A stretch of 32,000 nucleotides of DNA from an uncultured bacterium (GTDB lineage Bacteria > Margulisbacteria > WOR-1 > CAVSGV01). Below the pieces are notes generated by a model, which did no database searches, had not been told where the DNA came from, and saw only the letters and a program-made list of their open reading frames with translations. The stretch spans positions 1,260,001 to 1,292,000 of the forward strand of contig OY969425.1 in assembly GCA_963699255.1 (NCBI GenBank), read 5' to 3'. A program made the translations under genes and the position numbers. This document shows positions 1 to 8,267 of the stretch, piece by piece; within the stretch, counting starts at the first letter, position 1, and the number at the start of each line of letters is the position of its first letter.

Positions 1-633
1 CTCCCCGGTGGACCAATCAAGCGATCCAGCCACATTTTGAAGTGTGGCTCCAACGGTCAACCTGCTGGTCGGTGCATACATCGCCCCAAGGTCCAGCTCC
101 ATTCCGCTTGCGGTCGGTGCATTGCTTATGCTCCCCGAAAGCCCCTGTGAAAGAAACTTTACGTTAGCCCCTACCCCGACTTGCTCGCTGATATCTTTAC
201 CATATGAGAGGATGAACATCTGGTTCGTATAATCCATTGCTCCGCCTTCGGTTGTTACTCCCCCTACATAATATATATGTGAGCCTGCCGGTGTTGATGC
301 CCCAACATATCCGATCCCTAAATGACCGTATTGCGTCGGATATGAAAATCCGATCAGCTTGTAGTCTACGGTGTTCAATATCTGTGAACTCATGCTTACA
401 AAAGAGAGGCTGTTCTGCCTGGCAAGCCCTGCCGGATTCGTGAATATGGCCGATGCGTCATCAGCAAGGCCCGTGTATGCTCCCCCAAGCGCTATCGGGC
501 GCGCTCCCATCCCTACTTCTGTTATGTCTACCGAGGGTGCGTTGACTGAGCCGTCATCAGCAAAGGATGCGGATATCATCAATATTACCAATGATACCGC
601 TAAAAATGTTAACTTTAGAACCGTATTCCTCAT
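1..633 (-). CDS. PorV/UPF0164-like outer-membrane protein, N-terminal part, runs off the left edge
   Basis: Manual reverse-strand translation from ATG at 633: MRNTVLKLTFLAVSLVILMISASFADDGSVNAPSVDITEVGMGARPIALGGAYTGLADDASAIFTNPAGLARQNSLSFVSMS..., with a signal peptide and the typical MGARPxALGGAYTGxADDASAxxxNPAGLA motif. Open to base 1, so absent from the supplied ORF track. Confidence 0.85.
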   Translation of the reverse strand, partial: MRNTVLKLTFLAVSLVILMISASFADDGSVNAPSVDITEVGMGARPIALGGAYTGLADDASAIFTNPAGLARQNSLSFVSMSSQILNTVDYKLIGFSYPTQYGHLGIGYVGASTPAGSHIYYVGGVTTEGGAMDYTNQMFILSYGKDISEQVGVGANVKFLSQGLSGSISNAPTASGMELDLGAMYAPTSRLTVGATLQNVAGSLDWSTGE

Positions 634-836
634 TTGCTCCCCCCTAAAAACCGAAAAGAACATTGCCACCTCTAGCTTTGTTCTTTTCTTGCAGATGGCT
701 GCCCCGCTTTCCGGGGCCTTACACTTATATAATCGGGTTATGGGGGATCAAACTTGCATGAATTTCATGGAATATAGAGAGGGATTCTATTGATAAAAAC
801 AGGAAAAAATGAAAAAAACGCAGAACTAGAGAAGGG

Positions 837-1736
837 TTAGTCCATTACCGCCATCTGGCCTTTGGAAAGTATCTTGCTGCTCGAGGTTATCAGATATATG
901 TAAGCTCCATTCGACACATATTCTCCGAAATCGTTCTTACCATCCCAGTAGACATTGTTCAGGCCCGCTTTTCCGCCTTCTTCTCCGGGATCAAATGACT
1001 TCTGACACACCGCTTTGCCGGTTATGTCATAAATGATCAGCTTTGTGCCGGTATCGGAAGAAAGAGTGTACATTATCGTTGTTCCTTCACCATGCCTCGG
1101 CCTGAATGGATTCGGCACGTTCTTTGGCCTGCTTGTGATAGAAAGTATGCCGGTATGCTTAAGCTGCTTGATCCCGAAGTAGTCGGCTGAACCTCCAAGA
1201 TTTGTGGCTCGGATCCCTACCTCATGGGTTACACCGCTAAGTTCTGTCGCCGGGCTGAACGAAAAATGGTATTTCTTAGGTCCGGTCTTTATCAGGCCTA
1301 CAAGATATTTGCTGCCGTCAACATAGACCTCAACGCTTGTTGAACCCGGTGCCAAGCACTCGTCAAGTATATCAGCTGAAATAACAGGTCTTTCGGAAAT
1401 GGACGTTATCGATGAGGCGGTGCTGCCATCTATGTTGACGTCATAGATGTAGATATCATCGAAAAGCGTGTAAACACAGCCTGAACGCAGCGAATAGCTA
1501 CTGCTCTCCGATGTCCCTACGGGGGATACCTGCCCGACACTGGAATAAAGTTGATAGCTTGATGAAGATGAACTCCCCATGGTGCCTCCGCTGCTAACGG
1601 TTCCTGCCGGCATTGTATAATTTGGGGTTGGCGCTACTGTCGCAAAAGAACCTGTCACGCCAGCGAAGGAAAAAAGGAACAGTAAAAGGCCTGGAATTAT
1701 AAATGATATTAATTTGTGGTTCGATGTTTTTAACAT
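837..1736 (-). CDS. Secreted protein with C-terminal FlgD-Ig-like domain
   Basis: 299 aa ORF with N-terminal hydrophobic signal; C-terminus NPFRPRHGEGTTIMYTLSSDTGTKLIIYDITGKAV...WDGKNDFGEYVSNGAYIYLI is typical of the FlgD_ig/sorting-like domain. Confidence 0.7.
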   Translation of the reverse strand: MLKTSNHKLISFIIPGLLLFLFSFAGVTGSFATVAPTPNYTMPAGTVSSGGTMGSSSSSSYQLYSSVGQVSPVGTSESSSYSLRSGCVYTLFDDIYIYDVNIDGSTASSITSISERPVISADILDECLAPGSTSVEVYVDGSKYLVGLIKTGPKKYHFSFSPATELSGVTHEVGIRATNLGGSADYFGIKQLKHTGILSITSRPKNVPNPFRPRHGEGTTIMYTLSSDTGTKLIIYDITGKAVCQKSFDPGEEGGKAGLNNVYWDGKNDFGEYVSNGAYIYLITSSSKILSKGQMAVMD

Positions 1737-1890
1737 AAAATTTTTATCATTCTACCTGCCAAAACATTTGGATTTCCTGGACACTCGGAATGCATTATAC
1801 AGAATACGCCCGAAATATCAAGGGGAATTAGCCGATGGTCAGTATCCGGGAAAAAGCGAAATTTCAATCAAGTTGTGCTATAATTTTCAC

Positions 1891-3027
1891 ATGCTCAGAT
1901 ATTTAACTGCTGGAGAATCGCACGGAAAAGCAATAATCGCCATATTGGAAGGTATGCCCGCGAACTTAGTGGTTTCTTCACAGGATATAGATAAGGAACT
2001 AAAAAGAAGGCAGATCGGATATGGCAGAGGGCAGCGCATGTCCATCGAGATCGATAAGGTGGAAATATTATCGGGGATACGGCTTGGCAAAACACTGGGC
2101 AGCCCCATAGCTCTTATGATAAAGAACATTGATTATGAGAACTGGAAAAAAATAATGCCTATCGAAGAGGACAAGAACATATTCCAGGAACCCGTAACAA
2201 GGCTGCGCCCGGGCCACGCGGACCTGGCGGGCTGCATCAAATACAATCAGCAGGACATCAGGAATATACTGGAACGGGCAAGCGCCAGAAGCACCGTATC
2301 GCTTGTCGCTGTTGGGGCGATAGCCAAGAAATTACTTTCGGAATTCAAGATCTCAATTTTCAGCCATGTGGTCCAGATAGGCGAAGTTAAGGTTACGCTT
2401 GACCAAAATAAGAGCCCTGAAGAGATCCACCGCCTTGCTGAAAGGTCCGATCTAAGGTGTGCTGACGAAAAGTCCGCTGTTCAGATGAAAAAAGAGATCG
2501 ACGCGGCAAAAGAAAAAAAAGACTCGGTCGGCGGAGTATTTGAGGTCATGGTGCTTGGCGCTCCGGTCGGGCTTGGCAGCCACGTCCATCCGGACAGGAG
2601 GCTTTCCGGCAGGCTCGCGTCCGCGGTAATGTCGATACAATCGATAAAAGGCATTGAGATCGGCGCGGGGTTTTCTGCCGTCTCGCTTCCCGGATCAAAA
2701 GTTCACGACGAAATCTTCTATGAAAACGACAGATTTACAAGACGGACGAATAACGCAGGGGGACTTGAGGGCGGCATGACGAACGGCGAGCCGATCATCA
2801 TAAGGGCGGCGGTGAAGCCGATCGCCACTATCGCGAAATCGCTTGATTCGGTCGACCTGATCACAAAAGAACCGGTAAAATCCCATGTTGAGAGAGCCGA
2901 TGTGTGCCATGTGCCGGCCGCGGGTGTTATCGCTGAATCTTCCGTAGCGATCGAGGTGGCGAATGCGCTCCTCGAAAAATACGGCGGCGACAGCATAGAA
3001 GAAATTGCCAATCGTTACAACGCGTGA
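1891..3027 (+). CDS. aroC: Chorismate synthase
   Basis: MLRYLTAGESHGKAIIAILEGMPANL...RRQIGYGRGQRMSIE...RPGHADLAGCIKY...GGMTNGEPIIIRAAVKP. ATG 1891 is the likely start within the longer ORF 1714..3027. Confidence 0.97.
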   Translation: MLRYLTAGESHGKAIIAILEGMPANLVVSSQDIDKELKRRQIGYGRGQRMSIEIDKVEILSGIRLGKTLGSPIALMIKNIDYENWKKIMPIEEDKNIFQEPVTRLRPGHADLAGCIKYNQQDIRNILERASARSTVSLVAVGAIAKKLLSEFKISIFSHVVQIGEVKVTLDQNKSPEEIHRLAERSDLRCADEKSAVQMKKEIDAAKEKKDSVGGVFEVMVLGAPVGLGSHVHPDRRLSGRLASAVMSIQSIKGIEIGAGFSAVSLPGSKVHDEIFYENDRFTRRTNNAGGLEGGMTNGEPIIIRAAVKPIATIAKSLDSVDLITKEPVKSHVERADVCHVPAAGVIAESSVAIEVANALLEKYGGDSIEEIANRYNA

Positions 3028-3072
3028 TATAATTACGCGGTTTTCCAAACTTAAATGGGAGGGGTTGATTAA

Positions 3073-3423
3073 TTGTCCGTTAAAATAAAATTAGTAAGGA
3101 TCGGCGCAAAAGGACAGCCATCATACAGGGTAGTGATCGCTGATGAAAGATCCGCCAGATGCGGCAAAGTCATTGAAGTGATCGGCCATTACAATCCTCT
3201 CACCGAACCCTCTTTATTCAGCGTAGATAAAGAAAAGACCCTTGAGTGGATCAAAAAGGGCGCAATTCCAACATCCACCGTGCGCAAAATGCTCGGTAAG
3301 ATCGGGGTATTAAAAGCTATCGACTTTTCCGCTTCCAAAAAGCGCGCTCCGAAAGGAAAAGAGGAAAAGAAGGAAGAAACAGAGGCAAAACCCGCAGAAG
3401 CCAAAACAGAAGAGAAGAAGTAG
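3073..3423 (+). CDS. rpsP: 30S ribosomal protein S16 (TTG start)
   Basis: VKIKLVRIGAKGQPSYRVVIADERSARCGKVIEVIGHYNP; upstream GGAGGGG-type RBS; followed by khpA/ylqD/trmD. Confidence 0.96.
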   Translation: MSVKIKLVRIGAKGQPSYRVVIADERSARCGKVIEVIGHYNPLTEPSLFSVDKEKTLEWIKKGAIPTSTVRKMLGKIGVLKAIDFSASKKRAPKGKEEKKEETEAKPAEAKTEEKK

Positions 3424-3434
3424 GGAGAAGCGCA

Positions 3435-3677
3435 ATGAAGGAACTTGTAGAATATCTAGTGAAGGCTCTGGTCGACAAACCTGATGATGTGAAGATCTCG
3501 CAAACAGAAGGCGAGTTGGTGACCATAATCGAGATCAGGGTCGCTTCGGATGATGCGGGCAAGGTCATAGGTAAAGAAGGGCGTATCGCGAACGCCATAA
3601 GGACGATAGTTAAGGCCGCGGGAGCAAAGAACCAGAAGAGAGTGACCGTTGAAATAATGACAGAGGAGAGGAAGTGA
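3435..3677 (+). CDS. khpA: KH-domain RNA-binding protein KhpA
   Basis: 80 aa with VIGKEGRIANAIRTIVKAAG (GxxG KH motif), positioned between rpsP and ylqD/trmD. Confidence 0.93.
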   Translation: MKELVEYLVKALVDKPDDVKISQTEGELVTIIEIRVASDDAGKVIGKEGRIANAIRTIVKAAGAKNQKRVTVEIMTEERK

Positions 3678-3681
3678 GTTT

Positions 3682-4107
3682 ATGGCAGAAAAATCACTTG
3701 AATTAAAAAGGGTAGTAATGGTAAAGGCGATAGTTACCGAAGCGTTCAAGGACAATCTTGTGAAGGAACTTGAAAGGGCCGTTAAGAATCTGGATATGCA
3801 GCTTCAGCAGATGGATTTTCAGGCAAAATCGCATATGGAGGACCTTAAGAAAAAAGGAATGATCTCCCAGATGACGTCGTTCAAGCGCCAGCTCGAGGAA
3901 GAAAAGGGCCGTCAGGCAGCGGCAAAGGCGGATCTTCAAATGAAGATCGAAGAGGCAAAAAAGCTGGTATTGAACTCGGAGTTCATACAGGGCCCGCTGG
4001 AAGGTCCGGTTACGGTAAAGAACGGGGACAATCTTTATAAAAAGATCGGCGCCGCCGAGATACTGGTAAAAGACGGAATAATCCAGGAAATCAGGAACGC
4101 GGAGTAA
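3682..4107 (+). CDS. ylqD: YlqD-family protein
   Basis: N-terminal coiled-coil plus C-terminal GPVTVKNGDNLYKKIGAAEILVKDGIIQEI; gene order khpA-ylqD-trmD as in Firmicutes. Confidence 0.75.
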   Translation: MAEKSLELKRVVMVKAIVTEAFKDNLVKELERAVKNLDMQLQQMDFQAKSHMEDLKKKGMISQMTSFKRQLEEEKGRQAAAKADLQMKIEEAKKLVLNSEFIQGPLEGPVTVKNGDNLYKKIGAAEILVKDGIIQEIRNAE

Positions 4108-4130
4108 TCAGCAAGTCAACGGCAAACCGC

Positions 4131-4886
4131 ATGAGAGTCGACATCCTTACGCTTTTTCCATCGATGTTCTCTCCGCTTGAGGAAAGCATTATCGGCAAAG
4201 CAAGGGACAGAGGCGTTCTTGATATCATCATCACTGATATAAGAAGCTTTGCAAAAGATAAGCACAGGACGGCGGACGACACCCCCTATGGAGGAGGGCC
4301 GGGGATGGTGTTAAAAGCCGATTTAATTTTCGAAGCCGTCAATAAAATTAAATCCGAAACAAATACGAAGCTCAAAGATCAAAATACTAAACAAAAAATC
4401 ATATTACTGTCACCCGCGGGAAAACAGTTTGATCAGGAAACTGCCAAAGAATTATCGAAATATGATCATTTGATACTGATCTGCGGGCACTATGAAGGGG
4501 TGGACGAAAGGACCAAGAAGCTCGTTGATGATGAAATATCGGTAGGCGATTATGTGCTTACCGGAGGGGAACTTCCAGCGATGGTCGTTATCGACGCTAT
4601 ATCCAGGTTCATTCCGGGAGTGCTGGGTGACAGGTCTTCATCAAAAGAAGACTCGTTCTCTCACGGGCTCCTTGAATACCCGCAGTATACAAAGCCAGGC
4701 GGTTATCTTAATGAAAGCGTCCCCGGGGTTTTGATGGGCGGAAACCATAAAAGCATCGCCAAATGGAGAAGAGAGCAGGCGGTCATCAATACCTTTTTTA
4801 ACAGGCCCGATCTTCTGGCCAGGGCCGACCTGTCGTTAAGTGACAGCAAGACCCTTGAAAATATCTTTACCGGGGGATCAGAGTGA
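4131..4886 (+). CDS. trmD: tRNA (guanine37-N1)-methyltransferase
   Basis: MRVDILTLFPSMFSPLEESIIGKARDRG...DDTPYGGGPGMVLK...LILICGHYEGVDERTKKLVDDEISVGDYVLTGGELPAMVVIDA. Confidence 0.97.
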   Translation: MRVDILTLFPSMFSPLEESIIGKARDRGVLDIIITDIRSFAKDKHRTADDTPYGGGPGMVLKADLIFEAVNKIKSETNTKLKDQNTKQKIILLSPAGKQFDQETAKELSKYDHLILICGHYEGVDERTKKLVDDEISVGDYVLTGGELPAMVVIDAISRFIPGVLGDRSSSKEDSFSHGLLEYPQYTKPGGYLNESVPGVLMGGNHKSIAKWRREQAVINTFFNRPDLLARADLSLSDSKTLENIFTGGSE

Positions 4887-5431
4887 ACGTATTCGTTGCA
4901 CTGCTTCACTTTCCAGTATATAATAAGAACAAGGAAGTGGTCACAACTTGCGTGACCGGCTTCGATCTTTCCGATATAGCCAGAAGTTGTTGCACTTACG
5001 GTATAAAAAAATACTTTATCGTTAATCCTATAAGTGGACAGCGCCAGTTCGCGGAAAGAATATTGAACCACTGGAAGAAGGAAGAAAGCCTGAACTTCAA
5101 TTCCACAAGGGTTGAAGCTCTTAATTTAATATCGATAAAAAAGGAATTAAGGGAAGTCATTGATGAGGTAGGCAAGAACGGCAGCCCTGTCGTGGTCGCA
5201 ACAAGCGCGAAGAAAAAGGGGGCTTACCCGTACGGCAGGTTGCGTGAAGAGATGAAGAAGTCAAAGAGGCCCTATCTTATCCTTCTGGGAACGGGATCGG
5301 GGCTATGTGAGGAAATAATAGACGGAGCGGATATAGTGCTTTCACCGATAATCGGCAGGACGGAATATAACCATTTATCCGTGAGAAGCGCGGCGGCAAT
5401 AATATTGGACAGGCTTTTGGGGGAAGAATGA
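4883..5431 (+). CDS. COG4752-type SPOUT RNA methyltransferase
   Basis: MNVFVALLHFPVYNKNKEVVTTCVTGFDLSDIARSCCTYGIKKYFIVNPI...LILLGTGSGLCEEIIDGADIVLSPI; overlaps trmD and precedes rplS. Confidence 0.8.
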   Translation: MNVFVALLHFPVYNKNKEVVTTCVTGFDLSDIARSCCTYGIKKYFIVNPISGQRQFAERILNHWKKEESLNFNSTRVEALNLISIKKELREVIDEVGKNGSPVVVATSAKKKGAYPYGRLREEMKKSKRPYLILLGTGSGLCEEIIDGADIVLSPIIGRTEYNHLSVRSAAAIILDRLLGEE

Positions 5432-5525
5432 GATGCGAAGTGTGAGATGCGAAAAATCACATCACGCACCCGCCTGCATTGCATACGCAAGCATTGCGGG
5501 CAGGTCTCACGTCTCTTATCTCCCG
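5430..5525. repeat. GAGATGCGA/GTGAGATG-type imperfect inverted repeat element
   Basis: GAGATGCGAAGTGTGAGATGCGA (5430-5452) opposed by CTCACGTCTCTTATCTCCCG (5506-5525). The related copy at 24942..25011 has the same words in opposed arms. Confidence 0.65.
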
Positions 5526-5550
5526 TATTAATTTTAAAGGAGTGAGCAAA

Positions 5551-5946
5551 ATGAGCATTGTGTCCGATGTTGAAAATAAGTTCATGAAAAAAGATATCCC
5601 CGCTTTTAATGTGGGTGATACGGTGAGGCTTTTTTCGAAGATCATTGAAGGTGATAAAGAACGCCTTCAGGCTTTTGAAGGGACGGTCATAAAGAAACGC
5701 GGAAGAGGCATTGGAGAGGTCGTCACCATAAGGAAAGTGGTCCAGGGAGTCGGGGTGGAGAAAACATTCCCGCTCCATTCACCGAGAGTAGAGAAGATAA
5801 AGGTAATGAAATCCGGGCGCCGAAGGAGAGCAAAGCTTTATTATTTAAGGAAGCGCATCGGCTCAAAAGCCCTCAGGATCGATGAAGTGAACATGAAGCA
5901 AACCGCCGATGCCGAAGCCGGCACTGCGGCGGACAAGTCCGCCTAA
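5551..5946 (+). CDS. rplS: 50S ribosomal protein L19
   Basis: IPAFNVGDTVRLFSKIIEGDKERLQAFEGTVIKKRGRGIGEVVTIRKVVQGVGVEKTFPLHSPRVEKIKVMKSGRRRRAKLYYLRKRIGSKALRI; ATG 5551 preceded by AAAGGAG. Confidence 0.95.
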   Translation: MSIVSDVENKFMKKDIPAFNVGDTVRLFSKIIEGDKERLQAFEGTVIKKRGRGIGEVVTIRKVVQGVGVEKTFPLHSPRVEKIKVMKSGRRRRAKLYYLRKRIGSKALRIDEVNMKQTADAEAGTAADKSA

Positions 5947-5953
5947 GGCGGAC
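5928..5953. repeat. Triple-arm palindromic repeat GGCGGAC-AA-GTCCGCC-TAA-GGCGGAC
   Basis: Three 7-bp arms can pair in two alternative ways. The TAA loop is the rplS stop codon. Confidence 0.85.
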
Positions 5954-5961
5954 GCTGCTAA

Positions 5962-6641
5962 ATGAGCCAGCCGAACCTCGATCCCCCAAAGATCACGCCC
6001 ATTAAGTTCGAGGCGAAAAAATCCCTCTTGAACGTCCTGCGGCCCGAAAAAGACAAAGCGGCGCCAAAAAAGAAAAAAACTTCCCTGTTCTTCGACACTC
6101 TTAAGGTGGTCATCGTCGCGCTCATCATAGCTACTATTATCAGGGCTTTCTTCATACAGATTTCTTATGTCCCCACTAATTCAATGAAACCGACATTAAG
6201 CACCGGCGAGTGGGTGATCGTGAATAAGCTCATTTACGGAATAACGAACCCGTTCCAGGTAACTAATAACACAGGGAAAAAAACCGGATATACCGCCAGG
6301 TCCTCGCGAAAGCCAAAAAGGATGGATATTGTCATGTTCAAAGGCCCGATAAAATATGGTGATGTCATGGGAAGGATAATTGGGCTTCCGGGAGAGTGGA
6401 TCAAGATCAAAAAAGGTACGGTTTATGTTAACGGCAGAAAAATAAATGAAAAACATGCTTTCATTAAAGACAGGTCGGATCTCGGTCAGATCAAAATACC
6501 CGCAGATTCGTATTATATTTTAGGGGACAACAGGGGGGTTCCTTCGACAGCAGGCACTGGGGAGCCGTACCGCGGGATAACATAATTGGGATCTTGACCG
6601 CAAGAATATGGCCTCTGAATAAGGCCGGAACGTTCAGATAA
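5962..6641 (+). CDS. lepB: Signal peptidase I, C-terminal end frameshifted
   Basis: [23 protein letters not shown] (catalytic Ser), [37 protein letters not shown] stops at 6585, but the shifted frame gives [31 protein letters not shown] ending 6641, the expected C-terminal box. Shift at the G-run 6533-6538. Confidence 0.88.
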
Positions 6642-6662
6642 TCCTTTTTAGGAGACGCCGCA

Positions 6663-7297
6663 GTGACAGCCGTATCGATGAGACACGAGTTAAAATTGAA
6701 AAGGCATGGCGCGCAACTCATTGCCGGCGTGGATGAAGTAGGGATCGGCCCTCTCGCCGGTCCTGTTGTAGCCGCAGCCGTGATACTTCGCGATGAAAAG
6801 AGGATCAAGGGGCTTGATGACTCTAAAAAGCTGAATGCCGGGAAAAGAGAAGAACTGTTCAGCATCATAATCGGGTCCTCTATTTCCGTCGGTATCGGAA
6901 TAGTTGACAGCTCCATCATAGACAGGATAAATATCCTGCAGGCTTCCTTAAGGGCGATGAAATACGCCGTGGATTCCCTTTCAGAAAAACCGGATCACAT
7001 ACTCGTTGACGGGATCAGAAAGATCCCGGGATACAAATCCCGCAGACGAGCATCAAGCACGGCGACAGCATATCCTCGGCCATAGCCATGGCCTCCATAA
7101 TAGCGAAAGTGGTCCGCGACGCGCTCATGGAAAATTACGACCGTGTCTACCCGCATTATGAATTCGCAAGTCACAAGGGCTATGGAACAAAAAGACACAT
7201 TAAACTGCTCAAAAAGTTCGGACCTGTCGCGATACACAGGCATACCTTCCAGCCGGTAATGGATTGCTTGATCGCTCGGGGATGCATTTTCGCTTGA
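6663..7297 (+). CDS. rnhB: Ribonuclease HII, apparent frameshift near 7028-7030
   Basis: LIAGVDEVGIGPLAGPVVAAAVIL...GLDDSKKLNAGKREEL...ILVDGIRKIPG, then in the second frame IQIPQTSIKHGDSISSAIAMASIIAKVVRDALMENYDRVYPHYEFASHKGYGTKRH. ORFs 6663..7085 and 7088..7297 are two parts of one gene. Confidence 0.88.
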
Positions 7298-7344
7298 CCC
7301 CTTGGGCTTCGCTCATGGCAGACTTCTAAAAACCCAGAATTTGC

Positions 7345-7374
7345 TTGACATTCATGACACACATGAGCTATTAT
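7345..7374 (+). promoter_or_regulatory. Sigma70-type promoter upstream of HU gene, with dyad in spacer
   Basis: TTGACA (7345-7350), 18 bp, TATTAT (7369-7374); spacer holds TCATG-ACACA-CATGA (7352-7366). Confidence 0.6.
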
Positions 7375-7435
7375 ACCCGCAGATGTTAGATTTCCTCGTA
7401 CCTCTGATTATTTTTTAAGAAAGGAGGTGAGATGG

Positions 7436-7708
7436 GTGAATAAACAAGAATTGATCGCTCAAGTGGCCTCCAAGACACATCAATCCAAATCCTTATGCTC
7501 GAATATCATTGATACCACGTTCACGCTGATGGCCGGCTCGCTGAAGAGAGGCGAAAAGGTCCAGATGGTGAATTTCGGCAGCTGGAAGAGATTAAGAAGG
7601 AAAGCGCGCATCGGCAGGAACCCGAAAACAGGACAGCAACTAAGTATTCCGGCAAGGAATGTAGTTAAGTTCTCGGCCGGCCAGGAATTATTAAGCTCGA
7701 TAAACTAG
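7436..7708 (+). CDS. HU/IHF family DNA-binding protein (GTG start)
   Basis: MNKQELIAQVASKTHQSKSLCSNIIDTTFTLMAGSLKRGEKVQMVNFGSWKRLRRKARIGRNPKTGQQLSIPARNVVKFSAG; AAGGAGGTGA RBS just upstream. Confidence 0.93.
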   Translation: MNKQELIAQVASKTHQSKSLCSNIIDTTFTLMAGSLKRGEKVQMVNFGSWKRLRRKARIGRNPKTGQQLSIPARNVVKFSAGQELLSSIN

Positions 7709-7734
7709 TACGCTTATAAAGCAATATTGTAAGT

Positions 7735-7777
7735 AAACCCTCTATGCTAAGAAGGTGAGCCGGCATAGAGGGTTTTT
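7735..7777 (+). terminator. Rho-independent terminator after HU gene
   Basis: 13-bp arms AAACCCTCTATGC (7735-7747) / GCATAGAGGGTTT (7763-7775) ending in a T-run. Confidence 0.85.
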
Positions 7778-7898
7778 GTGTTGATGTAGATTTATTCGTC
7801 ATTTGTCGCATATTCAAACACCTCCGGATACATTTCACTCCACTTTTAAGCTCCAATGCTTGCAGCAGGATGGCAATATAATTGCTGTTCATTCCATT

Positions 7899-8267
7899 AT
7901 GGGAAAAGAAAGTTCAACGCTTGGCAAAGAAGGCGAAGCTATAGCTGTTCAATTCCTGACCGAACTCGGCTATAAGATCCTCGACAGGAATTTCCGTTCA
8001 CAACAGGGTGAAGTTGACATTATCGCGAAAGACGGCGATCAACTTGTCTTTGTGGAAGTTAAAACCTATTCGATCGGAAGCTTTGGGACGCCGCTTGGAG
8101 CGGTGGGAAGATCAAAGAAGGAAAGCCTGATCCACGCAGCGCGCACATACCTGATGAAAAATAACATAAAGAACGTGAACTGCAGGTTTGATGTCCTTGC
8201 CATTTACAGGAGCTGGCAGGGGCTTTCAAATTTTGATCATATAAAGGACGCCTTCCATGTTAGTTAA
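7899..8267 (+). CDS. YraN/UPF0102 family endonuclease-like protein
   Basis: LGKEGEAIAVQFLTELGYKILDRNFRSQQGEVDIIAKDGDQLVFVEVKT; ATG 7899 inside the longer ORF; followed by a ComM-like gene. Confidence 0.88.
   Translation: MGKESSTLGKEGEAIAVQFLTELGYKILDRNFRSQQGEVDIIAKDGDQLVFVEVKTYSIGSFGTPLGAVGRSKKESLIHAARTYLMKNNIKNVNCRFDVLAIYRSWQGLSNFDHIKDAFHVS

Noticed and set aside
237-793. + strand ORFs of 62-140 aa at the left edge
   Set aside because: Antisense or frame shadow to the clear PorV-like - strand coding sequence, or weak intergenic reading frames without family motifs.
1714-1890. 59-aa N-terminal extension of chorismate synthase in the ORF track
   Set aside because: Canonical AroC N-terminus MLRYLTAGESHG begins at 1891; the upstream part is non-homologous read-through of intergenic sequence.
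6533-6538. Programmed ribosomal frameshifting in lepB
   Set aside because: The G-run is slippery in principle but there is no reason for lepB to be recoded, and three other genes carry similar single-base shifts, so sequencing error is the simpler explanation.
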